DNA of 64,000 nt, from assembly GCF_021869535.1 (NCBI RefSeq), contig NW_026262734.1:65782001-65846000 (forward strand), written 5' to 3'. The DNA is from Mytilus californianus. Its lineage: Eukaryota. A model generated the notes under the pieces. It was given only the letters and a program-made list of their open reading frames with translations. It was not told the origin of the DNA and did no database searches. A program made the translations under genes and the position numbers. Positions 48,851 to 60,674 of this stretch are shown here, one piece after another. Every line of letters begins with the position of its first letter. Within the stretch, counting starts at the first letter, position 1.

Positions 48851-49034
48851 TCGAACAAAAAAAATTAAAACATACGACTCATCAGTGACGCTCGTACCAA
48901 CAAAATTAAAACATACGACTCATCAGTGACGCTCGAACCAAATAAATTCAAACATACGACTCATCAGTGACGCTCGAACCAACAAATTTAAAACATACGA
49001 CTCATCAGTAACGCTCGAACCAATAAAATTAAAA
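48838..49034 (-). repeat. 41-bp tandem array containing the hammerhead CTGATGA box
   Basis: tcatcag occurs at 48838, 48879, 48920, 48961 and 49002. Confidence 0.93.
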
Positions 49035-49570
49035 GGCCAATAAAAAAATAAAGAACGAAATTGGAGAGCATTAGGGGCCAAACATTCCGAAAGGTAGAAC
49101 TTGACAAATTTGTGATCGCACATGTTGATCTCTAGATTTGATTTCGCCTGTCGTTGGATTGTTGTTTCATTATCTTACATTGTAAATTCGACATCCCCCT
49201 TTATTTATACTTTTGATAGTTTGCTAAAAAAGAATATAAATAAACAAATGACAGTCACATATAACGTCTCTATTTTTATCATTCTTCAACGAGAATTTTA
49301 GAATACATTATTATGACTGAAATAATCAAGCTTGATTTATAAGTTTTCTGCTACATGTTTCTTGTTACGGAAAACCATAAGCGGTGGAATATAGTTTGTA
49401 CTTGGTTTGAGTGGTAAGAAATGTTTTGTGTTCAACTAAAACCTTTCGAAAGGCAAGTAAAAATTGTTCATTAATTCCTCAAAATTTAAGATATTCACAA
49501 AAATTTTAAAATATTGCCTTTGGATTTTATTCTTAGCAACATTACCATCACTGATAAAACTCCGACACTA

Positions 49571-50309
49571 AGACCCCGTTCACACTAGGACATTTAGATC
49601 GATTTAAACTAGATCGGTTCACTTTAGATCGATTTAAGGGCCAATGTGAACGCGTTGAATCGATCTTCAATCGATCTAAACTAAAACACCAAAAGAGGTA
49701 GTTTAGTTTGAATCGATCTAAAGTGAACCGATCTTACTTTAAATGTGAACGCAGAGATCGGTTTAAACTAGTACGATTGAATCGAAAATAATGTATGCGC
49801 ATGTATAGCGGCACAACTATATCAATGGTTAATTGTTTAACTCATATTTCTCTGTTAACAGACCTTTGTATACATGCACGTAAAAACAAATTGAAAACAT
49901 GTTGTCTTCGCCGTAGCATAAATTTGCGAAATCTGTGTCTTCTTTTTTTAGTTGATTTTTTCTTTTCAGGAACCGCAGTATTTCGTCGTGTTGTAACTTC
50001 GTTGCTACAGTTTTTTGTTTCAAAATCAAAATTTGAACTTGTGATTCAAGAGAAACAATAACTTCATCCATTTTTTTTTCAAGTGTGTGTATCAGTGTAT
50101 CAACACATCAATTTGTTAAATTAGTTCTATTTATACACAATGTTTACAGTTTTACGGGTAATAAGGTCAGATCAATTGCATTTTTAATTGTAATGTGAAC
50201 GCACTGGTTCAGATTAGACCGATAGAGATCGTTATGATTAAAGATAATGTGAACGCTAACTGGTTTTATTTAGATCGATTAAAGAAAAATGCTAGTGTGA
50301 TCGGGGTCT
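49571..50309. mobile_element. MITE with AG..CT termini and TA TSD (Harbinger/ISL2EU-like)
   Basis: TA|agaccccgttcacactag ... ctagtgtgatcggggtct|TA, with many ATCGAT/GATCG motifs near both ends. Confidence 0.75.
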
Positions 50310-50949
50310 TACAGTCGCATTTCAAATGCGCTGTGATCCGAATGAAAAAAGTTCCAAAGTGTCAAAGTTAAATGAAGCATTGAATTTGTTTTTATTAAAC
50401 CAAGGATTTGTATAATGCAAATTTTATTCAAAACATGGACTAATCATATATCTATCAGAAAATATACCTTCTATCACTCATCTCCGTTTTTTGAGAGAGG
50501 AGTATGAAATCGAAATTGAAGTTTGGACGGACCGCCCCGTAGGCGGGATAAGTTGAGGTCATTTAGGTAAAAATGCAAATTCATTCTAGGAACCGTGTGT
50601 TCGTACTGCAATGTAAAAGTTTATAATTTGTACCAGAACTACTTTAAAGTTCTTATATCATGCATAACATTTGATAAATATTGACTGTAATACTTACAAC
50701 TATAACGTTTATTTTGATGTTTAGGCGATGGAAATATCCGCCATTAATACACGCACGCTAAGGATCATCGAAATGCACGATGGGTAATCACACAAAATTT
50801 CGCGCCGCACAACACATTATAATACAGTCTATGCAAAAGTCTACGAGATTCCAATCCTTTTAACTATACAAATCCATGATTAAACAACTGCCAGATATTC
50901 TAAATTGTTGTTTTATTTAAATTCAATGTACTGTTTGTTTATTTTTCAG

Positions 50950-51164
50950 CTTTGTTAGGATCAGTATTTCACCAGAATCCAGAAATAGCATTTTCTAATT
51001 ATCTGATGTTCCAAGCTATGGGACTAGCAATAGCGTACATGTATAACATATACCTCTGTGAAGAAATGAAATTATACATTCTTGGAGTAACTGTCATTAT
51101 TTCCTTGATATTTCTATGTATTATTGAATTCAGAGTTCGAAGGAGGAAACGAGAGGAGAAATGA
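50950..51164 (+). CDS. UNC93A: UNC93A-like copy 2, exon 3 (ALLGSVFHQNPEIAFSNYLMFQAMG...REEK-stop)
   Basis: Acceptor atttttcag|CT in phase 1, stop TGA at 51162-51164. The joined CDS is 456 aa. Confidence 0.87.
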
Positions 51165-51957
51165 TAAGTGTATGAATCTGTAGTGTAATGGCATCCATTT
51201 TGTTGACGCGCTTTGTTGTTGTGACAATGAAAATAAGAAATACATGTAGAAAATAAATAATAAAAAAAAAGAAATAATATTTTTAGTACCGGGTCGCATC
51301 AGACAAGGTCTTATACTATATAGTCACACACATTTGTAAATATAAGCTTGTTTCGTGTGAAGTAAAGGCTTTCTTAACGTCTAACGTTATATTGGGGTGC
51401 ATCTATTATGTGAGCGTATCCGTAAGTGAGACCGGAAAAAAAATTATGATAGTAGGTCATGAAAATGACAGTGAAGTGTTCAATCAAGTTAATAGTGAAG
51501 TATTGAATTGATATTTTAATGACGCAACAAAAGTGATTTAAATTAATTGACTGTTGTTCTGTCTTTATTATTCAATTGTTTTTGCATCAGATAAAAATAT
51601 TATTTTAACTTTCGCATAACTTGTTATTGTATTTTAGATCAGATCCTGAGTTAGATACAGTTATCACTCATGCGTATCGTTATACAGGATAATGATATTA
51701 CATAGAGAATAATACATGGCAAAATCCGTATCATATGCCGTATCATCCCGAGATACCAATATCAGCCCGAGGGCCTTTAGGGTTAAACGGCATGTGATAC
51801 GGATTTTGCCATGTTTTATACGCTTTTTATCATATATTTAAACAGGAGAGTATATATGAACTGCTTTCTGATCCCTATAAATATTTCTTGAGAAGCTTGC
51901 ATAAATTAAAACATGGACTTTATGTAAATTTACTACTGTCATAAATGAGAAATTCTT

Positions 51958-52526
51958 ATATGACGTGCTTCTTTCGCTTTGTAAACAACACGGTGATAAA
52001 ATTCTCGATATATCTATACTTAGCGCAGACTCAGAGATATACATAATAATGGATGTTACAATATACCTCCCTCGTAAATCCACATGTATTGGAACCTATT
52101 TGCAAACGTTATGCCGATTTTATTGTTTTAAAAACTGCAATTGAAAAAAGACTACAGAACTTTTATTCTTATTCGGATGCATAACAAAAAGAATTAATAC
52201 ACAAGAGCTCGGAGAAATCTACAAAATCAAAATAAAATAAAATTCCGCGAAAGTCCATTAATGCTTTTGGCGCATTTAAGTCATTTCAAAACATGACGTC
52301 ATACAAATGAAAACGCTAAAGCTGAAGGTTTTTCCGTTACGTGAACCATCGAAATTCGTATAATATTACATTAAAATGAAATTTTGAAGTAGGTGTTGTT
52401 TTATTTTCTATTTTATTGCATTATTGTGATAAAAGGTGCGCATCAAAGTTGAGCGATACGGATTAAACAGCAGGCTATTTTTCAAATATTCAAAACTACT
52501 GTATTTACTACTAAATATATGATAAA

Positions 52527-52581
<55 letters not shown>

Positions 52582-54235
52582 TGCAAAGTCGGAAAAACTT
52601 AAATACACAAATTTAGGAGTCCTTAGGGCAATGAACAGGAACTAACTCCGTCCGCTAACATCTGAGAAAACAAAAATGACGGCTTCATGTACTTGTTTGT
52701 ATCATAATGTTCTGACAACAAATGGTATATAGTTCACTGGGTAATATCACCACCGGATATAGGTACCCCCGAAGCAAAAAAAACAATGATAGCAAAAAGT
52801 ACCTATTAAAATCCCCGCACAGTAAACAACTATTCGCCGTACAATTTATCCGCTTTATTTCCAGAATTTCTCTGTGTAAAGAATAATTTATTTCGAAATA
52901 CAGTGTTGTTTGAGCTAAAATATGATATACAAAAATAAATCAACAGTAGTATACCGCTGTTCGAAATTCATAAATCGATTGAGAAAAACAACAAATCCGG
53001 GTTACAAACTAAAACTGAGGGAAACACATCAAATATAAGAGGAGAACTACGACACAACAGAAACACAACATTAAAATGTAACACACACAGAAACGAACTA
53101 TAATATAACAATGGCCATTTTCCTGACTTGGTACAGGGCATTTAAAGAAAAAAAATGGTGGGTTGAACCTGGTTTTGTATATAAGATATCGTAATTGGAG
53201 ATGGAAAAGGCAATCAAGGCGACAGGGTGCCTGCTGATAATAAAATTCATTTGACAATTTCGATTTTGAACATTTTTGAATACCACCGTTTTGTTTTTTT
53301 TTTCAATATTCACGAAATACAAATTGTGGAAAATGCTTTGCGGGTGAAAAAAAATAATATTAACTGCGAATCGTTTATAATTATTTAAATGTAAATGTAT
53401 GCTTTATTACAGAAATAATTCATGGAAGCCATAGATTATTTCGATTCTAATAGGACAAATGCGATAATTTAAAAAATGAAGCGAGGGTGGGTATGCCGTG
53501 TGTGCCGCGTGGCTGTTCTACCCCCCCCCCCCCCCCCCGTTAGATAAAGCTAAACATTTTCCAATAAATCCATAGCTTGCATGAATTATTTCTGAAATAA
53601 CCGCTAGAAAAATTGTGTATAATTCTTTTAATTCTCAATCCCAACGTTTGCTATTTTTAATTTACTTTCTTTCTCGTAAGCTACCGTCAAATCCACAGTT
53701 GACATTTGGTAACTAAGGAGCCGCCATGTTGACTTAAATGCTGAAATCGGTAGATGTGCGAATAATGCAACAGAATAGAAAATAAAACAACACCTACCTC
53801 AAAACTCCATTTTAATGCAATATTGTCCGAATTCCGATGGTTGACGAAACGGAAAAACCTTCAGCTTTAGCGTTTTCATTTGTATGACGTCATGTTTTGA
53901 AATGACTTTAATACGCCAAAACCAAAAGCATTAATATTCTTTTGCGGAATTTTATTTGATTTTGATTTAAAGTTTGTACATTTCTCCGAGCTCTAATGCA
54001 TTAATTCTTTTTGTTATGCATTAGAATAAGTATAAAGGTTCTGTAGTCTTTTTACAATTGCAATTTTTAACACAACAAAATCGGCCTGGCGTTTGCAAAT
54101 AAGTTACGATACATATGGATTTACGTGGGAGGTATATTATAACAGCCATTATTATGTATATCTCTGGGTCTGCGTATAGATATATCGAGAATTTTATCAC
54201 GGTGTTGTTTACAAAGCGAAAGAAGCACGTCATAT
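51958..54235. repeat. Inverted repeat pair of about 470 bp (arms 51958-52425 and 53761-54235)
   Basis: Colinear reverse-complement match. Also visible as the twin MDLRGRYI ORFs at 51838..52083(-) and 54115..54351(+). Confidence 0.9.
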
Positions 54236-55504
54236 TAGTATTATTCATTAAATACGTTTCACCAAATATCAATAAAAAACATCTTTATAGTTTCATTATA
54301 AATTGTACGAACTATGACTATAATGAACAAGAACCCTGTTATGCCCTTTGAACAGATGAGATATCCCTCCTAATACAATTTAATATAATTAAATATAATT
54401 TTATTTTATATTCAATATTCATCGTTGCAGATTTGAACAATGAAAAAAAAAGCCGCAGTGAAAAATTTTGAATTAGAACTTATTATGTAACAGTATTTAT
54501 TTAACTAAAAATATGTATTGTTTCATTTATTCAAGATAACCGGAATTTAATTAACAATCTCGCTATAGTACGTTGTTTTTCTCAGACCACTTTTCAAAAA
54601 ACCTGAGACCTAAGAATTTCTTAATTTAAAATGAATTTTCTTACATCAAAATATAGCTTATTGACAGGAGTATTCAAAAGTATGAGTTAAAAGTATTTCC
54701 TCCGCATATTAAGTGTGCTTCAATTTTTTTAGTTATTGCTGTCTCAATTATTTTGGGGTAATTCATTGATATTTACTGATGTGAGAAAGGGAATTTAGAT
54801 AATGAAATTTTCAAAAAATCGGAGCCCTAAAAATGAAATCAAATAAACTGGAATTTTTTATACCAGCAGAAAGGTAAATCTATGTAGAATTCGCCGTATG
54901 AGTTAATAAGAATCAAACGATAAATAAAAATAATACGAAAGATTAATGAAGGGTACCCATATATTTTTTCCATTACTTTCTATTTTAATCGAACATAATT
55001 GAAAACATTGCACCCCGAGTGTCTCTGATAAGGGTAATCGCCATTCTTGGATATTCGGAATCCTCTGGTTTTATCCATGTAGTGCCAGTTAAAAAATTGC
55101 CCGCTAACATCTACTTTTCTTTTATTCATTTTATTACAAATTAAAAAGCAATATTTGAAAATCCTATAAAATCCTTGTCATTTTTTCATGGTTTCGACAA
55201 AATATGTGTCAATGTTAAATGTATGAAACATCTAGAGAGAATTATTTCCCGCCAAATTTTCAATGCCTTAAATCTCGAAAATAAGCACATGGATTGGACT
55301 CTTAATTTTTTCTGCTTTTTCAGTTTCTTTATTTATATACTATCAATTTATAACAGTCTTTTAAAAAGCTTGAAACAGAGTAGCGAACATCCTTAATATA
55401 AATTTCCCAATTAAAAGAGATCATCAGATTCTGTTTAAAACCAAAAGACATGAAGAGGGCAACATAAGTCTGTGTATACAATATGTCTATAAAATAAATC
55501 GTTC

Positions 55505-55905
55505 CGAGTCTATACAAGTTGTGACTAGTTGACTGTTATGGAATATCTGTTTCACAGATGACGACGGATATGTTCCCATTTTCGTAACAACAATCTCGTC
55601 CTCTTTTCTTCATATGTGACCTACCGAATTAGACTTATCACCGGGCTTGTACTTACATGAGCAGCTAGACGGGTGCTACATGTAGAACATGATCTGTTTA
55701 CCCTTTCGGGATACTTGAGTTAACCCCTAGTTTTTGGTGAGGTTCGTGTTGCTCGGTCTTTAGTTTGCTATGTTGTGCTTTGTGTACTGTTGTAAAACTT
55801 TGTCTTTTCGCGTGTTTTTCTTTTTTTTTTTGCTATGGCATTGTCAGTTCATTTTCGACTTATGAGTTTGAATATCCATTTGGTATCTTTATCCTCTCTA
55901 TTTTA
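55505..55905 (+). mobile_element. Penelope-like 3' end (RT terminal codons ..YGISVSQMTTDMF plus tail)
   Basis: Shares the tail motif tttttggtgaggttcgtgttgctc..ctatgttgtg with 40690-40860. Confidence 0.6.
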
Positions 55906-55970
55906 ATAAGTTTATTAAAAGATTTACCATTGTTGACAATACGATAGATGTTTTATGTGTGTATTTTCAG

Positions 55971-56163
55971 TCATTCGTTGCCTGTATGCTTGGTATAGAA
56001 TGGATTGGTTATACAATGATCTGCTTTGGAGTCTGTGATACCGTTGGCTCATTACTAGTAGGATTCATCGGGAAATTTACTGGACGACCGACATTATTCA
56101 TCATTGCTACGATTTTGAACCTTGAGTTCTTGGTATTATGAGATTTTGGTCCTTCAAAGAAGA
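55971..56163 (+). pseudogene. Orphan UNC93A-like exon-2 fragment
   Basis: Intact ttttcag acceptor and close nucleotide match to 37723-37915. It has a 1-nt deletion near 56124 (ctt g-a gtt) and is truncated after aaagaaga. I saw no matching exon 1 or exon 3 nearby. Confidence 0.85.
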
Positions 56164-56606
56164 TTCTTTGGGATCTAAAACGTTTGTAAGTTGGTTTATC
56201 GGGACAATTAATGAAAGATATTGATCATAATTTTCCCAAACAGAGAGTATAAAATGACATGTCTGCTGAAAAAAATGATTCATAAAGAAGTTTACCGAAA
56301 TACGTACAGGCAGAAACGAGTGATTTAGAAATTAAGCTCTTTCCAGGGGTTAAAAATCACCACGCACAAAAAGAAAATTGTAATCCTTAAAATACTATAT
56401 TGGCATTTCATCTCTTCTATTTTTTTTCCTCCCCATTACAATGTATATGCAGAGCAATATTTTGAATGTGTGAAACTCCAAAGCAAAAAATAAAAAAACA
56501 ATTTTCAACATAAAAAGCTAAAAAAAACAAGCTTTTTAGAAAAGCTATTACTTGTATTATTTACTGTCAAGAATTACATTAAACCCACCTTACGCAATCA
56601 CACAAC

Positions 56607-58070
56607 TACGGAAGCGTATTAGAGCTACACAACTTTTTTTTTAATATTTCTTCCTATGTTTGCGTTATAACGCAAACCTTTGCGTAATAACGCAAACCTT
56701 TGCGATATAACGCAAACCTTTGCGTTATAACGCAAACCTTTGCGAAATAACGCAAACCTTTTGCGTTATAACGCAAACCTTTGCGTTAAAACGCAAACAT
56801 CTTGATTTCAAGTATTCATTAAGTTTTGTATATATGTCCGTCTGTCATTAATTTCGGTTGTGATCGATTTACTAGTAGATAGGAAAAGAACCATAAATAC
56901 AAGGCCAACTCATTATAATAAATATGCATAGGAATAATGGAATACTTAAAGTGCAATTATACATAAATTAAGAATGATTTGTGCATCAGAAAAGTATATA
57001 ATTTAACAAGAACATAGATATTGTATAGGCATATTTTAATTGAAAGAGCAAAACTAATGTCATACATTTGTGAAACTTTCAAGTCAAATAGACAAAATGA
57101 TCTTTCTGCTTTAAAATGAATTATTAATGAAGAAACATTTGTTTTTTTTAAATTTTGATGCAAGATTTTTTTTAAATCTCAAAATATGATCAAGATTCTT
57201 TGATAGAAATTCATGGAATTTTTATTTCAATCTAGTGAAGTAACTTTAAGATACTTGGGTAACAATTTAAATGTAGAGAACATAATTTTAATAATAAAAC
57301 ATCTTCATTTTATTGCAAAAAGGTAGCTTGTTTGGATCTAACCAACCTTACACAATCCTCAAACGAGAGCTTACTTTGGAAGTATATTTATATTTGGCTA
57401 TAACTATATTAGCAGGGTTGATTTTTTATATTCTTCAATACAACTTCAATTTACTCAATTTTCTTTGTAATATATATAAATGTATTATCATGTATATAAT
57501 TTTTGGGGCCCTGTATAGCTTGCTGTTCGGTGTGAACCAAGGCTCCGTGTTGAAGACCGTACTTTGACCTATATCAAATGGTTTGATTTTAGAAAGTGTG
57601 ACTTGGATGGAGAGTTGTCTCATTGCCATTCATACCACATCTTCTTATATCTATTATCCTACTCATTATTAGTCAATGATATGTTCTAAATATTCAAGCA
57701 TTTTACTTTGTTATGAGTACAAAGGAGCTAGGATACATTTTAATGTATGCAGCCTCCTCCATTTATAACTGCTACTTCCTTTGAATCTTAAATAAGAAAT
57801 AAGATAAAAAAAAATGTTTGCGTTATTTTGCAAATGTTTGCGTTATAACGCAAAGGTTTGCGTTATTTCGCAAAGGTTTGCGTTATAGTTAACGCAAAGT
57901 TTTGCGTTATATCGCAAATGTTTGCGTTATGATGCAAAGGTTTGCGTTATAACGCAAAGGTTTGCGTTATTTCGCAAATGTTTGCGTTATTTCGCAAAAG
58001 TTTGCGTTATATCGCAAAGATAGGAAGAAAATTATAAAAAAAAATTGTGTGGCGCTAATACGCTTCCGTA
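56607..58070. mobile_element. Foldback-like non-autonomous element with TAC..GTA termini and 6-bp TSD (IS3EU-like)
   Basis: CACAAC|tacggaagcgtattag ... ctaatacgcttccgta|CACAAC. The TIRs continue into arrays of a 20-bp unit at 56659-56800 and 57817-58018, in inverted orientation. Confidence 0.8.
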
Positions 58071-58394
58071 CACAACACTTTTTACACCAATCAATTCATT
58101 ACGAGGCTCTTGGCCTCAATTCTTTTGCACGTCTTAAAAAGGAGGGAATAGTATATAAACCTTTTGAAAATGTGTGGGATTAAGAAAACATTATTACTTT
58201 TGTTTACAAGTTAAACTCAAGGCTGGTTCTCTTCCTATCTGAGACAACCTTGTTGTCAGATCCAAATAGATAAAGGACAGAGCACAAAGTATAGTTAAAC
58301 TCATGAAGTCAGTATTTTGTGAACCAAGAACAGAATTGTTACTAACACTTTGATTTTTTTTTTGTAATGGGAGAAGAAATTAAATTCACCATCT

Positions 58395-59060
58395 ACATCC
58401 CCGATTTTTGGTGGTGTTCGTGTCGCTCGGTCTTTAATTTTCTATGTTGTGTTATGTATGTGTTGTCTTTTGATAGTTTTTCATTTTATTTTCATGGCGT
58501 TGTCAGTTTAATTTCAACTTATGAGTTAGGATGTCCCTTAGTTATCTTTCGCCTTCTTTTACATAACTATGATATTTTGCAATATATTTTCGAATTCTCG
58601 GTTAGTTTTCTATGTTGTGTTTTGTATACTGTTGTTTGTCTTTTGGTCTGTTTTTTGTTATGGCATTGTCAGTTTATTTTCGATGTATGAGTCTGGATGT
58701 CCCTTCGGTAACTGTCGCCTCTATTTTACACAACTAATTTGGAAATAAATGTCTCAAACTGACAAAATATATTCGAATTTATAGTTTTGAACCATCAAAA
58801 AGTGTCAAAACTTGATTAACAATTCAGAATATTACAAAATAATGTCAGAGCCGCAAGCAAGGTGAACACATGATCGATGTTATGATACTGTGAATTTTAG
58901 TAGACGTATATACATGTATCTGCTTACCTTTCCGGAGCACCTGATATCAACCCAGTTTTTGACGGGGTTCGTGTTGCTCAGTTTTTGATTTTGTTTTGCT
59001 ATGGTGATACCTGCATGTTTGTCTTCGACTTATAAATTTCGAATGTAATATTGGTATCTT
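58395..59060 (+). repeat. Several degenerate Penelope-like tail pieces
   Basis: Recurrent ttcgtgt(c/t)gctc..ttttctatgttgtg..gcattgtcagttt..tatgagt blocks at about 58400, 58600 and 58930-59060. Confidence 0.55.
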
Positions 59061-60674
59061 AGTAAGGACATATACTCTTCTATTGTATATCACATTAGAC
59101 TTGTAGCTTTTGAAGTAAATACAATCAAAGGAAATGGTTCCCTATAAAATTAGGAATAGTCTATTATGATAAACAAACAGTTCTTGAAATATTATATCTA
59201 TTTTGAAAACAATACTAGTCACGTTTTGTTTAACATAATAAGCATGATTCATTAACAAGAAAAAAATTGTTAATTTGTGGAAATAATTACTAAAGTAAAA
59301 GAGGGGTTTGATAGCTAACAACACCACGTTTCTGGCATATAATATGTCATGTTATGTATGATTCTAAGGTCAACTATGTAAACAAATGCAAAAATTGAAG
59401 CAATAGAGAAAATTAAGCATTTTATCTATGTAACAAACGTTATTTTTTGTATTTATGATGTTACTTTAGCAAATTGATAATTAAATAATTGCAATAAATG
59501 AAGTTGTAATTATATTAAATTCGTTATAAATAATAAACATGTTACATCCCTCGTTACTACTAGTAGTGCAGGAAAGACGTAAGCAATGCTCTTCCTTTCG
59601 CTGTTTTCTCTGTTGCTGTTTGCACGTGTAAGTACCTTGCATGACATACTTTAAACATCATTGACTTTAAATTTTACATCTGACAATGATGTTTTTCAAA
59701 TGAAGGATCATACTATAAAAATTAGCATTGTGTTTCCGTTTTTATTTAAAACCTTAATAAGTAAGCATCTTTACAATATTTTTCAAATTTAATTCAAAGT
59801 GTTGCAATAATTGTATTGTTTATAGAAATAACCAAAATTTTGAATGCCAAAGGAAAATTAAAGTTTTCATTCAATTTTTATCTTGAGATGATGCACCTAA
59901 TTTTATCTTTTAATTAGAATTTTCTTCTAAAAATACGAAAATAAGAATTCAGAGACGATATATTGTCACAAAATGTATTAGAAAATATGCATATTTACCT
60001 GCATAATTATGTAAATGTTCTCCTCGTGAACACTGCATGATTTCTAATGTTTAAGATATTGTGAAAAAATTTAATTGTAGTATTCGTTTAAAACCCTAAT
60101 ATAAAAATAAAGAGATGTTGTATGATTGTCAATGAGACAACTATCCACCAAAGTTCAAAAGAAGTTTGTTTGATATTATGAAAACTCTGGAATGTTCAAT
60201 CCGGTTGTAGATCACGTACTAAATGTAATCTGTTCAGTGGTGGATCCAAGGGGTTGGGGATCGATGTTGAAACCACCCCTTTATTTTACGATCAATGCTT
60301 GTGAATTGGGACATATGGTTAGTTTAAACAATTTCTTATTTTTTCAAAAGTGCACAAAATTCAATTATACAATAGAAATACAGGGATTCGGAAACAAGAA
60401 GAATTTACAAATGTATATAAATCCGTCTCCCTTTAAAAAAAATGACAAAATTAGGAACATAGTGTAAGAAACTCGCATAACATAATTTTCAATTCACATT
60501 ACATGTTTATTTTGTGGTTTGCCCGTTACTCAGAAGTCAGTTTGATCGAAAAATGTGATCAACTCATTTTTTATAATTGTGGTCTCACATGAAGCTGTGA
60601 AAATATGTAAATGTTTCAAAAATAAGGTTAAATTAAATTAAAGTTTCAAGTCTAAATCGACATCAAAAATAAAT

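Noticed and set aside
53520-53538. Poly-C runs (also 1647-1661)
   Set aside because: These are homopolymers within MITE-like sequence, with unreliable length and no independent signal.
51838-54351. Twin MDLRGRYI small proteins
   Set aside because: They are the two arms of an inverted repeat. The frames diverge after an indel and there is no recognisable domain.
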